Assembly (NCBI GenBank): GCA_963740085.1 | Contig: CAVUCU010000005.1 | Coordinates: 32,001-96,000 of the forward strand | DNA length: 64,000 nucleotides | Source of the DNA: Nitrospirota bacterium | GTDB taxonomy: Bacteria > Nitrospirota > UBA9217 | Direction of reading: 5' to 3' | Shown: one piece after another, positions 17,922-26,869 of the stretch | Layout of the letters: each line of letters begins with the position of its first letter | How positions within the stretch are numbered: the stretch's first letter is position 1 | Notes under the pieces: generated by a model | The model's database searches: none | Seen by the model: the letters and a program-made list of their open reading frames with translations, nothing else | Told to the model about the DNA's origin: nothing | Translations under genes and position numbers: made by a program

Positions 17922-18890
17922 TTATTTCAGGAAGTCACCGAAGATATGTTTTCCGTGCTCCAGCACCTGTAGAAGCTGATACATTTCCCCATTTCCGTTG
18001 GCGGGGTTCTTGTTCCGCCATTTCTCCAGATGCTCCCGGGAGCAAAAGAAGTTCATGAAGGGGCAAAAGGTCTTTGCGGTGCATCCGCAATCCTTTCGGC
18101 TGCTGACGAATTCAACTACGCCTTCCGGAATGCAGGAGGCGATTTTACCGTCCTTCATTTCGATCTTCATTTCGCGCTCACACTCAGGGCACCGGGACCG
18201 GACGGCAATATCTTCGTGCAGCATAAAATGGATGCCCAGTGCGTCTGTAGCGCACAGTGCGTATATCTCATGCCCGTCCTGAAAAAGTACTTTGTGGCGG
18301 GTCGCTTTTGCTGAAAAGGGATACGCGGATACGATCTCGTCTCCCTCTTTCGTCAGGATGTCAGCCTTATGCAGTCTTTCAACGAGCCGGTGGGCTGATT
18401 CGATCGACGGAAGCTTCAGGGCCTCGGCGATGTTTCTCCCGGATGGAGCCTTCCCGGTCCTGGCGAATTCCCTCAGAATGTATTTGCGCACATCATCTTC
18501 TTCGGTGCTTAGCTGCGCCTCCGCCAGTCTGCCTCTTACCGTTTCGCCGATCTTGTCCATGAGACTTTTCACCGGGGATTGAGCTCCGCCGCAATTTATT
18601 TCTCTCATTGTTTTTCGCAAGGTATCCACTGACGGCACATTTGCGAGTCTGCCCGACTCGTCCTGAAACATCCTTCAGGAAAACCCGATGATCCCCGACG
18701 GCTGCAATTCTTTGCCGTTGATGAAGACGGAAGGCGACCCGCTGAGCTTGAGTTCCGTCGCTTTTTCGTCTCTGATCCGGTGCATACCCACTTTGGCCCG
18801 AATCTGTTCGGATTCCAGGGCGCGTGCGATATTTTCTTTTAACGCTTCCTCTGAGCCGCATCCCTGTGATATATAACAGTCGATCTTCAC
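17922..18890 (-). CDS. Probable selenoprotein: thioredoxin-like (DUF2703-like) domain with Sec at UGA 18675-18677, fused to organomercurial lyase MerB-like domain
   Basis: ORFs 18675-18890 and 17922-18671 are in frame, joined by TGA-AGG-ATG (GFS-U-R-M-F). A SECIS-like hairpin follows. MerB motifs SAYPFS, YALCATDALG, CPEC and FCPFMNFF. Confidence 0.75.
18644..18660 (-). promoter_or_regulatory. Putative bacterial SECIS hairpin
   Basis: CGAGUC-GGGCA-GACUCG; the G-first apical loop starts 20 nt after the UGA. Confidence 0.6.
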
Positions 18891-19247
18891 ACCCTTCTCC
18901 CTTGCTGGTTTGGATTATGTATGGATCCTTGTTGATCTCATCCTTGGTCGAATCCGGAAACATTAAACTGCTGGCCCCGGATCAAGAAGCCGTATGTCTC
19001 GTGTGTCACTCTCTCAGTATCCCCAGTAAGGACCGGTGCCGAGGCTGGAGAGGAGTAATTCCCGTTATCAATCTTGCAAAAGACGACCACCTTATTGCAG
19101 ACGAATCAGTCTTTTACCTGAGCAGGGATTTGTTTTGGCCGGGCCTGTTGTAGCAGGCCAGCTCCCGTCGCTCAATACCGAGAAACGATGGTCGGGGGAG
19201 GAGAAAAAGCATCGGGCTCATCGATCTTGTGTCAGTCCAATGAGTCG

Positions 19248-19823
19248 TTACACCGGCGCCGGCCTGCTGATCAGCGACAGAAACTCCTGCCTTGTCGCGG
19301 GGTTCGTCCGGAAGACCCCGAGCAGCGCCGAGGTGACGAACATGGAGTTCTGTTTCTGCACGCCCCGCATCATCATGCAGAGGTGGCGCGCTTCGATCGT
19401 CACGCCAACGCCGTCGGCGTTGATCGAATCCTTGACCGCGTAGGCGATCTGCTCAGTCAGCCTTTCCTGGATCTGGAGCCTTCTCGCGAACAGGTCGACG
19501 AGCCGGGCAAGCTTGCTGATGCCGAAGATGCGTCCTCTCGGGATGTACCCGATATGACAGCGGCCGTAGAACGGCAGGAGATGATGTTCGCACAGGCTGT
19601 AAAGCTCGATGTCCTTGACCACGACCATGCTGGTCGTTTCCTGCGCGAAGCAGGCTTTGTTGATCAGTGTCTGCATGTCGGTTTTGTAGCCGGACGTCAG
19701 GAACGCAAGCGACGCGGCAACGCGTTTCGGCGTGTTCGCGAGCCCTTCCCGCTCCGGATCCTCACCGATCTCGACCAGCAACTCTCTTACCAGCTTTTCG
19801 ATCCGCTCACTGTTCCCGTTCAT
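19248..19823 (-). CDS. folE: GTP cyclohydrolase I
   Basis: [44 protein letters not shown]. Confidence 0.95.
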   Translation of the reverse strand: MNGNSERIEKLVRELLVEIGEDPEREGLANTPKRVAASLAFLTSGYKTDMQTLINKACFAQETTSMVVVKDIELYSLCEHHLLPFYGRCHIGYIPRGRIFGISKLARLVDLFARRLQIQERLTEQIAYAVKDSINADGVGVTIEARHLCMMMRGVQKQNSMFVTSALLGVFRTNPATRQEFLSLISRPAPV

Positions 19824-20334
19824 GGAGGATTTCCTTTCGTATGCGTTCCGTGTAGTTCTCGAGCGGCGTCATGCCCGTTCGCGGCTGCGCCAAAACCGCC
19901 GCGCTGATGTCCAAACCCGACCCCGGCAGGACCAGTCCGGGCGCCAGCTCCTGGAGAGGGATCGCGAGGAACGGATGGCGCAGGATATCGGGGTCCGGAA
20001 GCGTGAGGTCCTCCGTTGTCATCACGAGATCATCGTAGATGACCAGGTCGAGGTCGATGGTGCGCGCAGCGAATCTGTCCGTGCCCCGCGTCCTGCCGAG
20101 TTCGCTCTCGATGCGACGCAGCAGCTGGAACTTCAGGTCCCGGGGCGCAAGGTCCGTTTCGATCTCAACGACGCAGTTGTAATACGACGGCTGGCCCTCG
20201 CGTCCGACGGGTTCCGTACGGTAGACCGTGGAGATCGCCTTGACCCGCGCCGTTTCCGTCAGCCGGAGGATGGCGCTCCGCACATTGATCTCCGGGGCTA
20301 TGTTCGATCCGATGCCTACGAAGGCCCGCGTCAT
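19807..20334 (-). CDS. folK: 2-amino-4-hydroxy-6-hydroxymethyldihydropteridine diphosphokinase
   Basis: GIGSNI, IESELGR and RTIDLD motifs. Confidence 0.92.
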   Translation of the reverse strand: MTRAFVGIGSNIAPEINVRSAILRLTETARVKAISTVYRTEPVGREGQPSYYNCVVEIETDLAPRDLKFQLLRRIESELGRTRGTDRFAARTIDLDLVIYDDLVMTTEDLTLPDPDILRHPFLAIPLQELAPGLVLPGSGLDISAAVLAQPRTGMTPLENYTERIRKEILHEREQ

Positions 20335-20693
20335 GACCGGTCTGTTCGCTGCCGGACGATCTCTATCCCGACGCTCCTGGCGAACCTGAGCGCACCGGGT
20401 TTTTCGACCCTTACCGTCGCTTCTTTTACCGACGGATTCCCAAGGCAGATATCGGCCACAGCCTGCGCCAGGGACTCAACGAGCTGGAACTGCGAGCTTT
20501 CCGCCATGCTCAGGATCTGCTTGTTCAGGGCCCGGTAGTCAACGGAATCTTCGAGCCGGTCGCTCCTGCCGGCCTTTCGAAGATCCACCGAGAGCGCCAG
20601 GTTGATCAGCACGTCCTGCTTGTCTCGCCGTTCCTCGTCGCGAACACCGATGATGCATCGTACGAGAAGATCACTGATCAGAATGCGGTCCAT
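20331..20693 (-). CDS. folB: Dihydroneopterin aldolase / epimerase (FolB/FolX family)
   Basis: IIGVRDEER, SVDY, LVESLA, VEKPGALRFA. Confidence 0.88.
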   Translation of the reverse strand: MDRILISDLLVRCIIGVRDEERRDKQDVLINLALSVDLRKAGRSDRLEDSVDYRALNKQILSMAESSQFQLVESLAQAVADICLGNPSVKEATVRVEKPGALRFARSVGIEIVRQRTDRS

Positions 20694-21459
20694 GCTCCTC
20701 CTCCCCGAGGTGCCTGCCTCCGTCCACATAGAGGATCTGGCCGGTCACATAATCGCTTTTGAGCAGGTAAAGGACCGCGGCCGCGATGTCCCGCGGCCCC
20801 CCGTGTTTCTTGAGGGGGACGCTCTTCGCCAGCCCGTCAAGATATTCCTCATCCTTTCCCTGGGGCGGGAGGATGAGGCCGGGCGCGACCCCGTTCACCG
20901 TGAATCCGGGTGCGAACTCCAGCGCACACATCGTCGTAAGCGTCGAGAGCATCTTTTTGCTCAGGACATACGCCATGTGGGCCCGGTCGTAGCCAATGAT
21001 GCGCGTGTCGAGCAGGTTGACGATCTTGCCGCGGTCCGCAAGCCTCGCGAACTCGCGGGAAAGGACGAATGGCGCCCATGCGTTCACGTGCAGGTGCCGC
21101 GTCACATCACCGAAGCCGACATCCATGGGTGTGTTCGGGAGAAAGATGGATGCGTTATTGATGAGGAAATCGAGGGAGCCCGCCGCCTTGAACGACTGCG
21201 CGACCAGGGATTCGTACTCTTCGGGCTTTTCCAGGTCAGCGAGGACTTGCCAGGATTTCACGCCGCAATCCACCACCTCGCTGCATACTTTCGCGGCTTC
21301 TCTTTCCAGGGCACGGCGGTCATGCACAACGACATGCACGCCCGCTTCGGCAAGCTCGATGGCGATGGCCCGGCCTATCCTTTTGCCCGCGCCGGTGACC
21401 AGGGCGATCTTTCCCGGCAGGTCATCAGAAACACCGCGCTCAGGCACGTGACTTGTCAT
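20671..21459 (-). CDS. SDR, pteridine reductase-like (FolM/PTR1 type)
   Basis: TGAGKRIG, NNASIF, YVLSK and VNGVAPG motifs; located in the fol cluster. Confidence 0.85.
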   Translation of the reverse strand: MTSHVPERGVSDDLPGKIALVTGAGKRIGRAIAIELAEAGVHVVVHDRRALEREAAKVCSEVVDCGVKSWQVLADLEKPEEYESLVAQSFKAAGSLDFLINNASIFLPNTPMDVGFGDVTRHLHVNAWAPFVLSREFARLADRGKIVNLLDTRIIGYDRAHMAYVLSKKMLSTLTTMCALEFAPGFTVNGVAPGLILPPQGKDEEYLDGLAKSVPLKKHGGPRDIAAAVLYLLKSDYVTGQILYVDGGRHLGEEEHGPHSDQ

Positions 21460-21800
21460 GCGGCTCGCCCGATCCGCTGTTGCTCCGCCCGATCGATCTT
21501 TGCCGCCACGATAAAGTCGTTCAGCGACAGGCCGTTGATCTTGTGCGTTGACAGGGTCAATTTTACCTTGTTGTACGAGATGAACAGGTCAGGATGATGG
21601 TCCTGCTCGTTCGCGATCGCAGCGACGCTGTTCACAAATTCCATGGCCTGTTTAAAATCCTTGAAACGCAGCTCTTTTTCGATCGTGCCTTCTCCCATTG
21701 ACCACTGAGGGATCTCGTGAAGGAGCTCCTCCGCCTCATGTCGCGGCAGCGGACTTGTCCCTTTCAATATGGGTTTTGCCGTTTGTTCCACCAGCTTCAT
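21456..21800 (-). CDS. phhB: Pterin-4-alpha-carbinolamine dehydratase
   Basis: FKDF, EQDHHPD, THKINGLSLNDFIVAAKID. Confidence 0.9.
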   Translation of the reverse strand: MKLVEQTAKPILKGTSPLPRHEAEELLHEIPQWSMGEGTIEKELRFKDFKQAMEFVNSVAAIANEQDHHPDLFISYNKVKLTLSTHKINGLSLNDFIVAAKIDRAEQQRIGRAA

Positions 21801-21818
21801 AGCGACTCCTCATCCCCT

Positions 21819-23024
21819 TTACCGGATCATTCCCCGCAGACTCTCTTTTGTCACAAGCGCCCCGGCCCGGATCACGGTACGCGCGATCTCCACCTTCTCC
21901 CATACATTACACATCATCATGCCGCGGACCTTTCCGTCCTTGAGGTAATAGATCACGCCCGTATCGTTCTCCTTTTGCCAGTCGGCAAAGGTCTCAAGCT
22001 GCGCGTCCACCTCTCCTACCGCCTCGTACCCGAATTCGAAGAGGTCGGAGAAAAAGTAGGGCATATAGTCGTACGGCTTGTGCGCGCCGGCCATGTTCAG
22101 GCCCGCCCACTTGCCCTGGTTCAGGGCATTGTCCCAGTGCTCGACGCGCGTTTGCTTCCCGAGGACCTTGTAGGGGAATAACGCGATGTCGCCCGCGGCA
22201 TAGATGTCGGGAAGCGACGCCTGAAGATACTCGTCGACGATGACCCCGTTGGCTGTCTGCAGGCCCGCGCGCCGGGGAAGATCGAGCGAAGGCGCGACGC
22301 CGATGCCCACGATCACCATATCGGATTCAATTTTTTTCCCGCTCGCGGTGTGAGTGATGAACCGGCTTCCCTGCCTGGAAAAAGCGGAAGGTTTCTCATT
22401 GGTCAGGACCTTTATCCCGCGCGAAAGGAACTGGTCCAGGAGCGCCCTCCCCAGGTATTCAGGAAAGACCCTGTTCACGAGGTAGCTGTCGGGAAAGATC
22501 ATGGTAACGTCGATCTTATTCATGGCCAAGGCCGCCGCGATCTCGGAGCCGATGAACCCACCGCCGATGACGACCGCCTCTTTCCCCTCAGTGGAATCTC
22601 TCCGTACCTTCAGGTAATCGTCCACTGTACGGAAGTAACAGATCCCGTCGAGATCCCCGCCGGGAATGGGCAGTGTGCGCGGCACACCCCCTGTAGCGAG
22701 CAGAAGCTTCTGAAACCGGAATTCCCTGCCAATGCTGGTCGTGACCTTCTTCCGTTTCGGGTCAAGCGCAGTGACCATGGCCCCCTGTACCAGCATTACT
22801 CCATTTTGATCATAGAAATTCTGATCATGGAGAAAAATGTCCTCAACCTTCTTTTTGCCGAACCAGAGTTTTTTCGTGAGCGGTGGACGATCATAGGGAA
22901 GGTGCCTTTCGGCGCCGATGAGCAGAATGGCCCCCTCTGTATCGTGCTCACGGATCCCTTCCACGGCGGACGCTCCCGCAAGCCCTCCGCCGACGATGAT
23001 GTATTCGTACGACTGGTCTCCCAT
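21819..23024 (-). CDS. NAD(P)/FAD-dependent oxidoreductase (ferredoxin reductase-like)
   Basis: GGGLAG, PYDRPPL, LLLATG, GGGFIGSE, YAAGD, RVEHW, PYFFSD. Confidence 0.9.
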   Translation of the reverse strand: MGDQSYEYIIVGGGLAGASAVEGIREHDTEGAILLIGAERHLPYDRPPLTKKLWFGKKKVEDIFLHDQNFYDQNGVMLVQGAMVTALDPKRKKVTTSIGREFRFQKLLLATGGVPRTLPIPGGDLDGICYFRTVDDYLKVRRDSTEGKEAVVIGGGFIGSEIAAALAMNKIDVTMIFPDSYLVNRVFPEYLGRALLDQFLSRGIKVLTNEKPSAFSRQGSRFITHTASGKKIESDMVIVGIGVAPSLDLPRRAGLQTANGVIVDEYLQASLPDIYAAGDIALFPYKVLGKQTRVEHWDNALNQGKWAGLNMAGAHKPYDYMPYFFSDLFEFGYEAVGEVDAQLETFADWQKENDTGVIYYLKDGKVRGMMMCNVWEKVEIARTVIRAGALVTKESLRGMIR

Positions 23025-23156
23025 TTTAAAACCTCCTCACGAGAACCTGCGGCTCACCGACGCCGGCTTGCAGCATGTTCAAAAGAACGATGCCTCGTTT
23101 TAAGTATAGCACAGGCCGATGGCTCTGTTGAATCTCGGAAATGAAAGCGAGCCGAA

Positions 23157-23193
23157 GAAAAAACGCCCTCCCCTTGTCGGGGAAAGCGTTTTG
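23157..23193 (-). terminator. Probable intrinsic terminator of the MalT-like gene
   Basis: AAACGC..TCCCC/GGGGA..GCGTTT stem with an adjacent A-run. Confidence 0.5.
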
Positions 23194-23239
23194 CGTGAAT
23201 TTCAATCAGGGTTTTAAAGTGACTTGTGGTAGATATCCC

Positions 23240-26200
23240 TTATCCTCCGATGATCCTCCGATACAGCTTTTTCGTCTGCTCCTCCGGTTCAAGATCAACG
23301 TCCCTGCTCAGGGCGCGTTCGCATCGTTCATAGGTCCGGATCGCCTCGCCGCGCCGGGCGTCCGAATGGTAACGGGTCATGAGCCAGCAGCACGCCTTCT
23401 CGTTGCAGGGGTCCGCGGAGAACATCCTCTCGTAGAACCGGAGCGTCCTGTCCCGGTCGCCGGAAGACTCTGCGATCACGGCCGCGTCCTCGAGCGCCCG
23501 CAGGTACCGGATGCGCAGGCGGTCCCGCATCGGCGCGGCCCAGTCGCTGTAAAGGTCTTCTGGCAAAAAGTCTCCTTCATAAAGATCGAATGCCTTCTCG
23601 TATTCTCCCGCAATATCTTCAGATTTCTGACTTGACCTCATGCGGTCTGTTGTGTCCAGATGGTAAAGCAACTGTCCGACATCGGTCCGAACCAGGTCCT
23701 TGTTCAACATGAGGACGCCGTCATTGTAAAGAATACAGGAAGCGGATTTACCCGGAACGTTCTTTGGCTCCAGCACCTTCCGCGCCCGGTGGAGCATGCT
23801 GTTGAATGCCGGTCCGAGCGTGTCGGGATCCGTGTTCGGCCAGAGCGCCTCCAGGGCACTGTCGCGCGACACGGCATATCCGTCCTGGGCAGCGAGCAGC
23901 TTGACGAATTGTTTTGCCCTCCTGCTTTTCCACTCGGAATCCCGCACCGGGACCTTTCCCCGCATCGCCCTGAAGCCCCCGAGACAGTTAATTTCGAGGA
24001 ACGGCGTTGTGCTCGAACGGGTCTGGTTATCGATCAGCCGGGAACAATAGTCAAGGCAGATGCCGTGCGCGAGCGCGGCATTCGCCAACTCAGCCAGTTC
24101 CACGGCATTGAACAGGGCATAGTAGGTGAACCCCCGCTCCCGGCCGATTGAAAATCCTTCACGCAGGTGCTTGCGCGCGGAATCCGTTTTCTTCATGATC
24201 CCATAGAGCCGCGCCAGCACGAGATGCGCATTCGCCTCTTGTTGCGCGGCCTTGATCTGCTGAAGCATCTTGACGGCAGTGAGCAGCTCCTTTTGTGCCT
24301 GAAGATATTTTTTAAGCTTCACGTGGATCGCGCCGCTCGCGATAAGGTAGATCGCGTGGAACAGCTTGCTTCCTGATTGCGTCCGTATTGCCAGGGCATA
24401 GTCCGATTCTTTCTTTGCCTGGTCAAGCCTGCCCTGGAACAGATAGGCGATCGCGAGCAGATGGGCAGCGGACGCGCTGAAAAAGGCGTTTTGTGATTCT
24501 TCGCCTTTGCGTTTGCACTCCGTGAGCAGGAGCACGGCGCCCGGGTAATCTCCCTGGGCGATCTTGAGCCATCCGCCGATGTCAAGGGAGAGGAAAATCA
24601 TCGACTCGAGTGCGTGGCTGTCCGCAAGGTCCCTGCACTGGTCAAGTCGTTTCTGAGCTTCGGCAAAGTCCCCTGCGAACAGAGAGGTCATGGCCGCAAC
24701 CAGGAGGAGCGCCGCATGGCCTCCGGCCTCATCGGGGATGGAGGCGTTCGCCTCGAGGCCTTTGGCGACCGTCTCCCTGGCAAGGAGGAAATCTCCCTGG
24801 TAAAGCGCGCAGGGCGTTAAGTAAATGGCGGTGGTGATGTGATAAAAATGGTCGCCCTGCTTCCGGAACAGTGCGAGTGCTTGCCTGAGCGCGTCCGAGG
24901 CCTGCTGAAGCCTGCCGATGAAGAACCACGCCATGCCCATGGCAAGGAGCAGCCTCGCCCGCGCCCCGGGGGAAGCTCGTCGGTTCTGTTTGAGGAGGGC
25001 CTGGGCCAGCGCCGCGTCGCGCCCCATGCGCGTGAAGTCGCCGCCCGTGTGGAAGCATGCCTCGATAATGCCGCACAGGGAATACATCAGTCCCGAGGTC
25101 CGGTTGAAGGAGGTCTTGCCGGCCCGGAAGCCCTTGAACGCGAGATCAAAGAACGTGAGGGCCGTTCGGGAATCCGTGAACCGGCATGCCACGGCACGGG
25201 TGAACAGGAACCACGGCCGGTTCCCGTATTCGAGCGGAAGCGTCTCGATCCACCGGATGAGCGTCCCCGTCTGGCCGCGAGCGATCATCTCCTCGCCGCA
25301 GACCTCTATCTGTTTGATGGCCTGATCGAATTGTCCCGAGGAAAGCGAAAGATCGATGCTCCGTACCAGGTCTCCGCTATTTCTGAAGAAGGCCGCCGCA
25401 CGGGAGTACAGTCTTTTCACCTCCGCAGGCCTGGTCTGGGCGATCAGTTTTTTTCGGAGAAACTCGCGGAAGAGCGCGTGGTAGCGGATCACGAGGGTAT
25501 CATCATCCAGTGCCGTGACGAACAGGTTCCTGTCCCGAAGGTCCTTTACCATCGCTGCAATGGACATCCTGCCCGATGACGCCGTGCGCGGCAGGCCGGT
25601 CAGCAGTTGGATGAGTGGAACGGGAATAAAGTCGACGATCGAGGTCTGGAGCAGGAACCGCTGCATTGCCTGCGGAAGGTGCGCAAAAACTTCCTGCGCG
25701 AGGTAGTCGAAGACGTGGGTCCGGAACCCCGCTGCGCGCCGGTCGATGAGCGCCAGTGCCCGCGCCCCCGGTGCGAGGGTGGAAAGATATTCGTGCATCA
25801 GCACGAGACCGGCCGGCCAGCCTTCCGCCGTGCCGTTGATAAGCGCCGCCTCGTTCGGGGAGATATGCATGCTGAAGACGATGCTGAACAGGTCCTGGAC
25901 CTCGCTGTCGGTGAATTTGAGGTCATCGCCGCTCAGCTCTCCCACGGACTGCGTTGCGCGAAGCTTCGCGATGTCCAGTTCCGGCCGCACCCGGGAAATG
26001 ATCATGAACCGGACGTGGGGCGGCGTGCGGTCGATCAACTGTTTTATGAGGTGCTGGAGAACGGGCGAGGTGGCGGTGTAATCGTCGAATACGAGCAGGC
26101 CGGGATCCGGGATGTTCCCGAACACCTGTTCGATCCAGGTGCCGATGTCCTGGCGGATTCCGTTGATGCCGTAGCGGTTCAGCGGTATGGCCGGGACCGC

Positions 26201-26476
26201 GGGAACCTTCCCGGGCCAGGCGCGCTGGATCGCCATGCCCAGCGCTGACAGGAAGACCGCGGGGTTGTCGTCCTCCTGGTCCATGGTATACCACACCGAG
26301 GGCGTAGTGAGCGACTGGACATATCCCGCCGCCAGCGTGCTCTTCCCCTGGCCTGCCTGAGCATGGATGATCACCAGCTTTTTGTCTTCCCATTCCAGGA
26401 GTTTGTTCGTGAGCCGTTCACGCTCGAGTATATGGGCGGGCTTTGGCGGGAGAAACTTGGTAAGGTTCATGCGCAT
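23240..26476 (-). CDS. MalT-like STAND ATPase-TPR regulator with C-terminal SARP/BTAD domain
   Basis: AQAGQGKSTL Walker A, EGWPAG, FDYLAQEVF, YHALFREFL, TPR repeats; C-terminal LGGF...LWP...YEGDFLPEDLYSDW. Confidence 0.88.
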   Translation of the reverse strand: MRMNLTKFLPPKPAHILERERLTNKLLEWEDKKLVIIHAQAGQGKSTLAAGYVQSLTTPSVWYTMDQEDDNPAVFLSALGMAIQRAWPGKVPAVPAIPLNRYGINGIRQDIGTWIEQVFGNIPDPGLLVFDDYTATSPVLQHLIKQLIDRTPPHVRFMIISRVRPELDIAKLRATQSVGELSGDDLKFTDSEVQDLFSIVFSMHISPNEAALINGTAEGWPAGLVLMHEYLSTLAPGARALALIDRRAAGFRTHVFDYLAQEVFAHLPQAMQRFLLQTSIVDFIPVPLIQLLTGLPRTASSGRMSIAAMVKDLRDRNLFVTALDDDTLVIRYHALFREFLRKKLIAQTRPAEVKRLYSRAAAFFRNSGDLVRSIDLSLSSGQFDQAIKQIEVCGEEMIARGQTGTLIRWIETLPLEYGNRPWFLFTRAVACRFTDSRTALTFFDLAFKGFRAGKTSFNRTSGLMYSLCGIIEACFHTGGDFTRMGRDAALAQALLKQNRRASPGARARLLLAMGMAWFFIGRLQQASDALRQALALFRKQGDHFYHITTAIYLTPCALYQGDFLLARETVAKGLEANASIPDEAGGHAALLLVAAMTSLFAGDFAEAQKRLDQCRDLADSHALESMIFLSLDIGGWLKIAQGDYPGAVLLLTECKRKGEESQNAFFSASAAHLLAIAYLFQGRLDQAKKESDYALAIRTQSGSKLFHAIYLIASGAIHVKLKKYLQAQKELLTAVKMLQQIKAAQQEANAHLVLARLYGIMKKTDSARKHLREGFSIGRERGFTYYALFNAVELAELANAALAHGICLDYCSRLIDNQTRSSTTPFLEINCLGGFRAMRGKVPVRDSEWKSRRAKQFVKLLAAQDGYAVSRDSALEALWPNTDPDTLGPAFNSMLHRARKVLEPKNVPGKSASCILYNDGVLMLNKDLVRTDVGQLLYHLDTTDRMRSSQKSEDIAGEYEKAFDLYEGDFLPEDLYSDWAAPMRDRLRIRYLRALEDAAVIAESSGDRDRTLRFYERMFSADPCNEKACCWLMTRYHSDARRGEAIRTYERCERALSRDVDLEPEEQTKKLYRRIIGG

Positions 26477-26713
26477 ACCCCCTGTCAGGTTTAATGCGTA
26501 AATGAATCGTGGGAGAAAAACAGCAAAAGTATAGAGACGTTTATTAAATAAATCAACAGAAATTATTCATATATTGCTATTACGTCGGGTGGGGGCATCC
26601 CTTGACAATGCGCCGTGCAGCACCTACACTTTACTTACCCATAAATTTCTGTCAGAATGGGAACATAATTTTCCGCAGTAGCCTATGAAAGGAAAGCGGC
26701 CACTGAGGACTTC

Positions 26714-26812
26714 CGCAGAGGACGCGGAGAAAAGCTCAACATATCTTCTGTGCTAATACCAGGACCCCAAAGGTCTTGATTTAACTCTGCGTCCTCCGCG
26801 TGCTCTGCGAGA
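26714..26812. repeat. 9-nt-period palindromic element (CGCAGAGGA type)
   Basis: cgcagaggacgcggaga ... ctctgcgtcctccgcgtgctctgcg. Confidence 0.65.
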
Positions 26813-26869
26813 GACGCCCTTTTGATTCCGTCTTGTCCGGGCTGCCGTATACGAGAGAAGGAGGAACCT

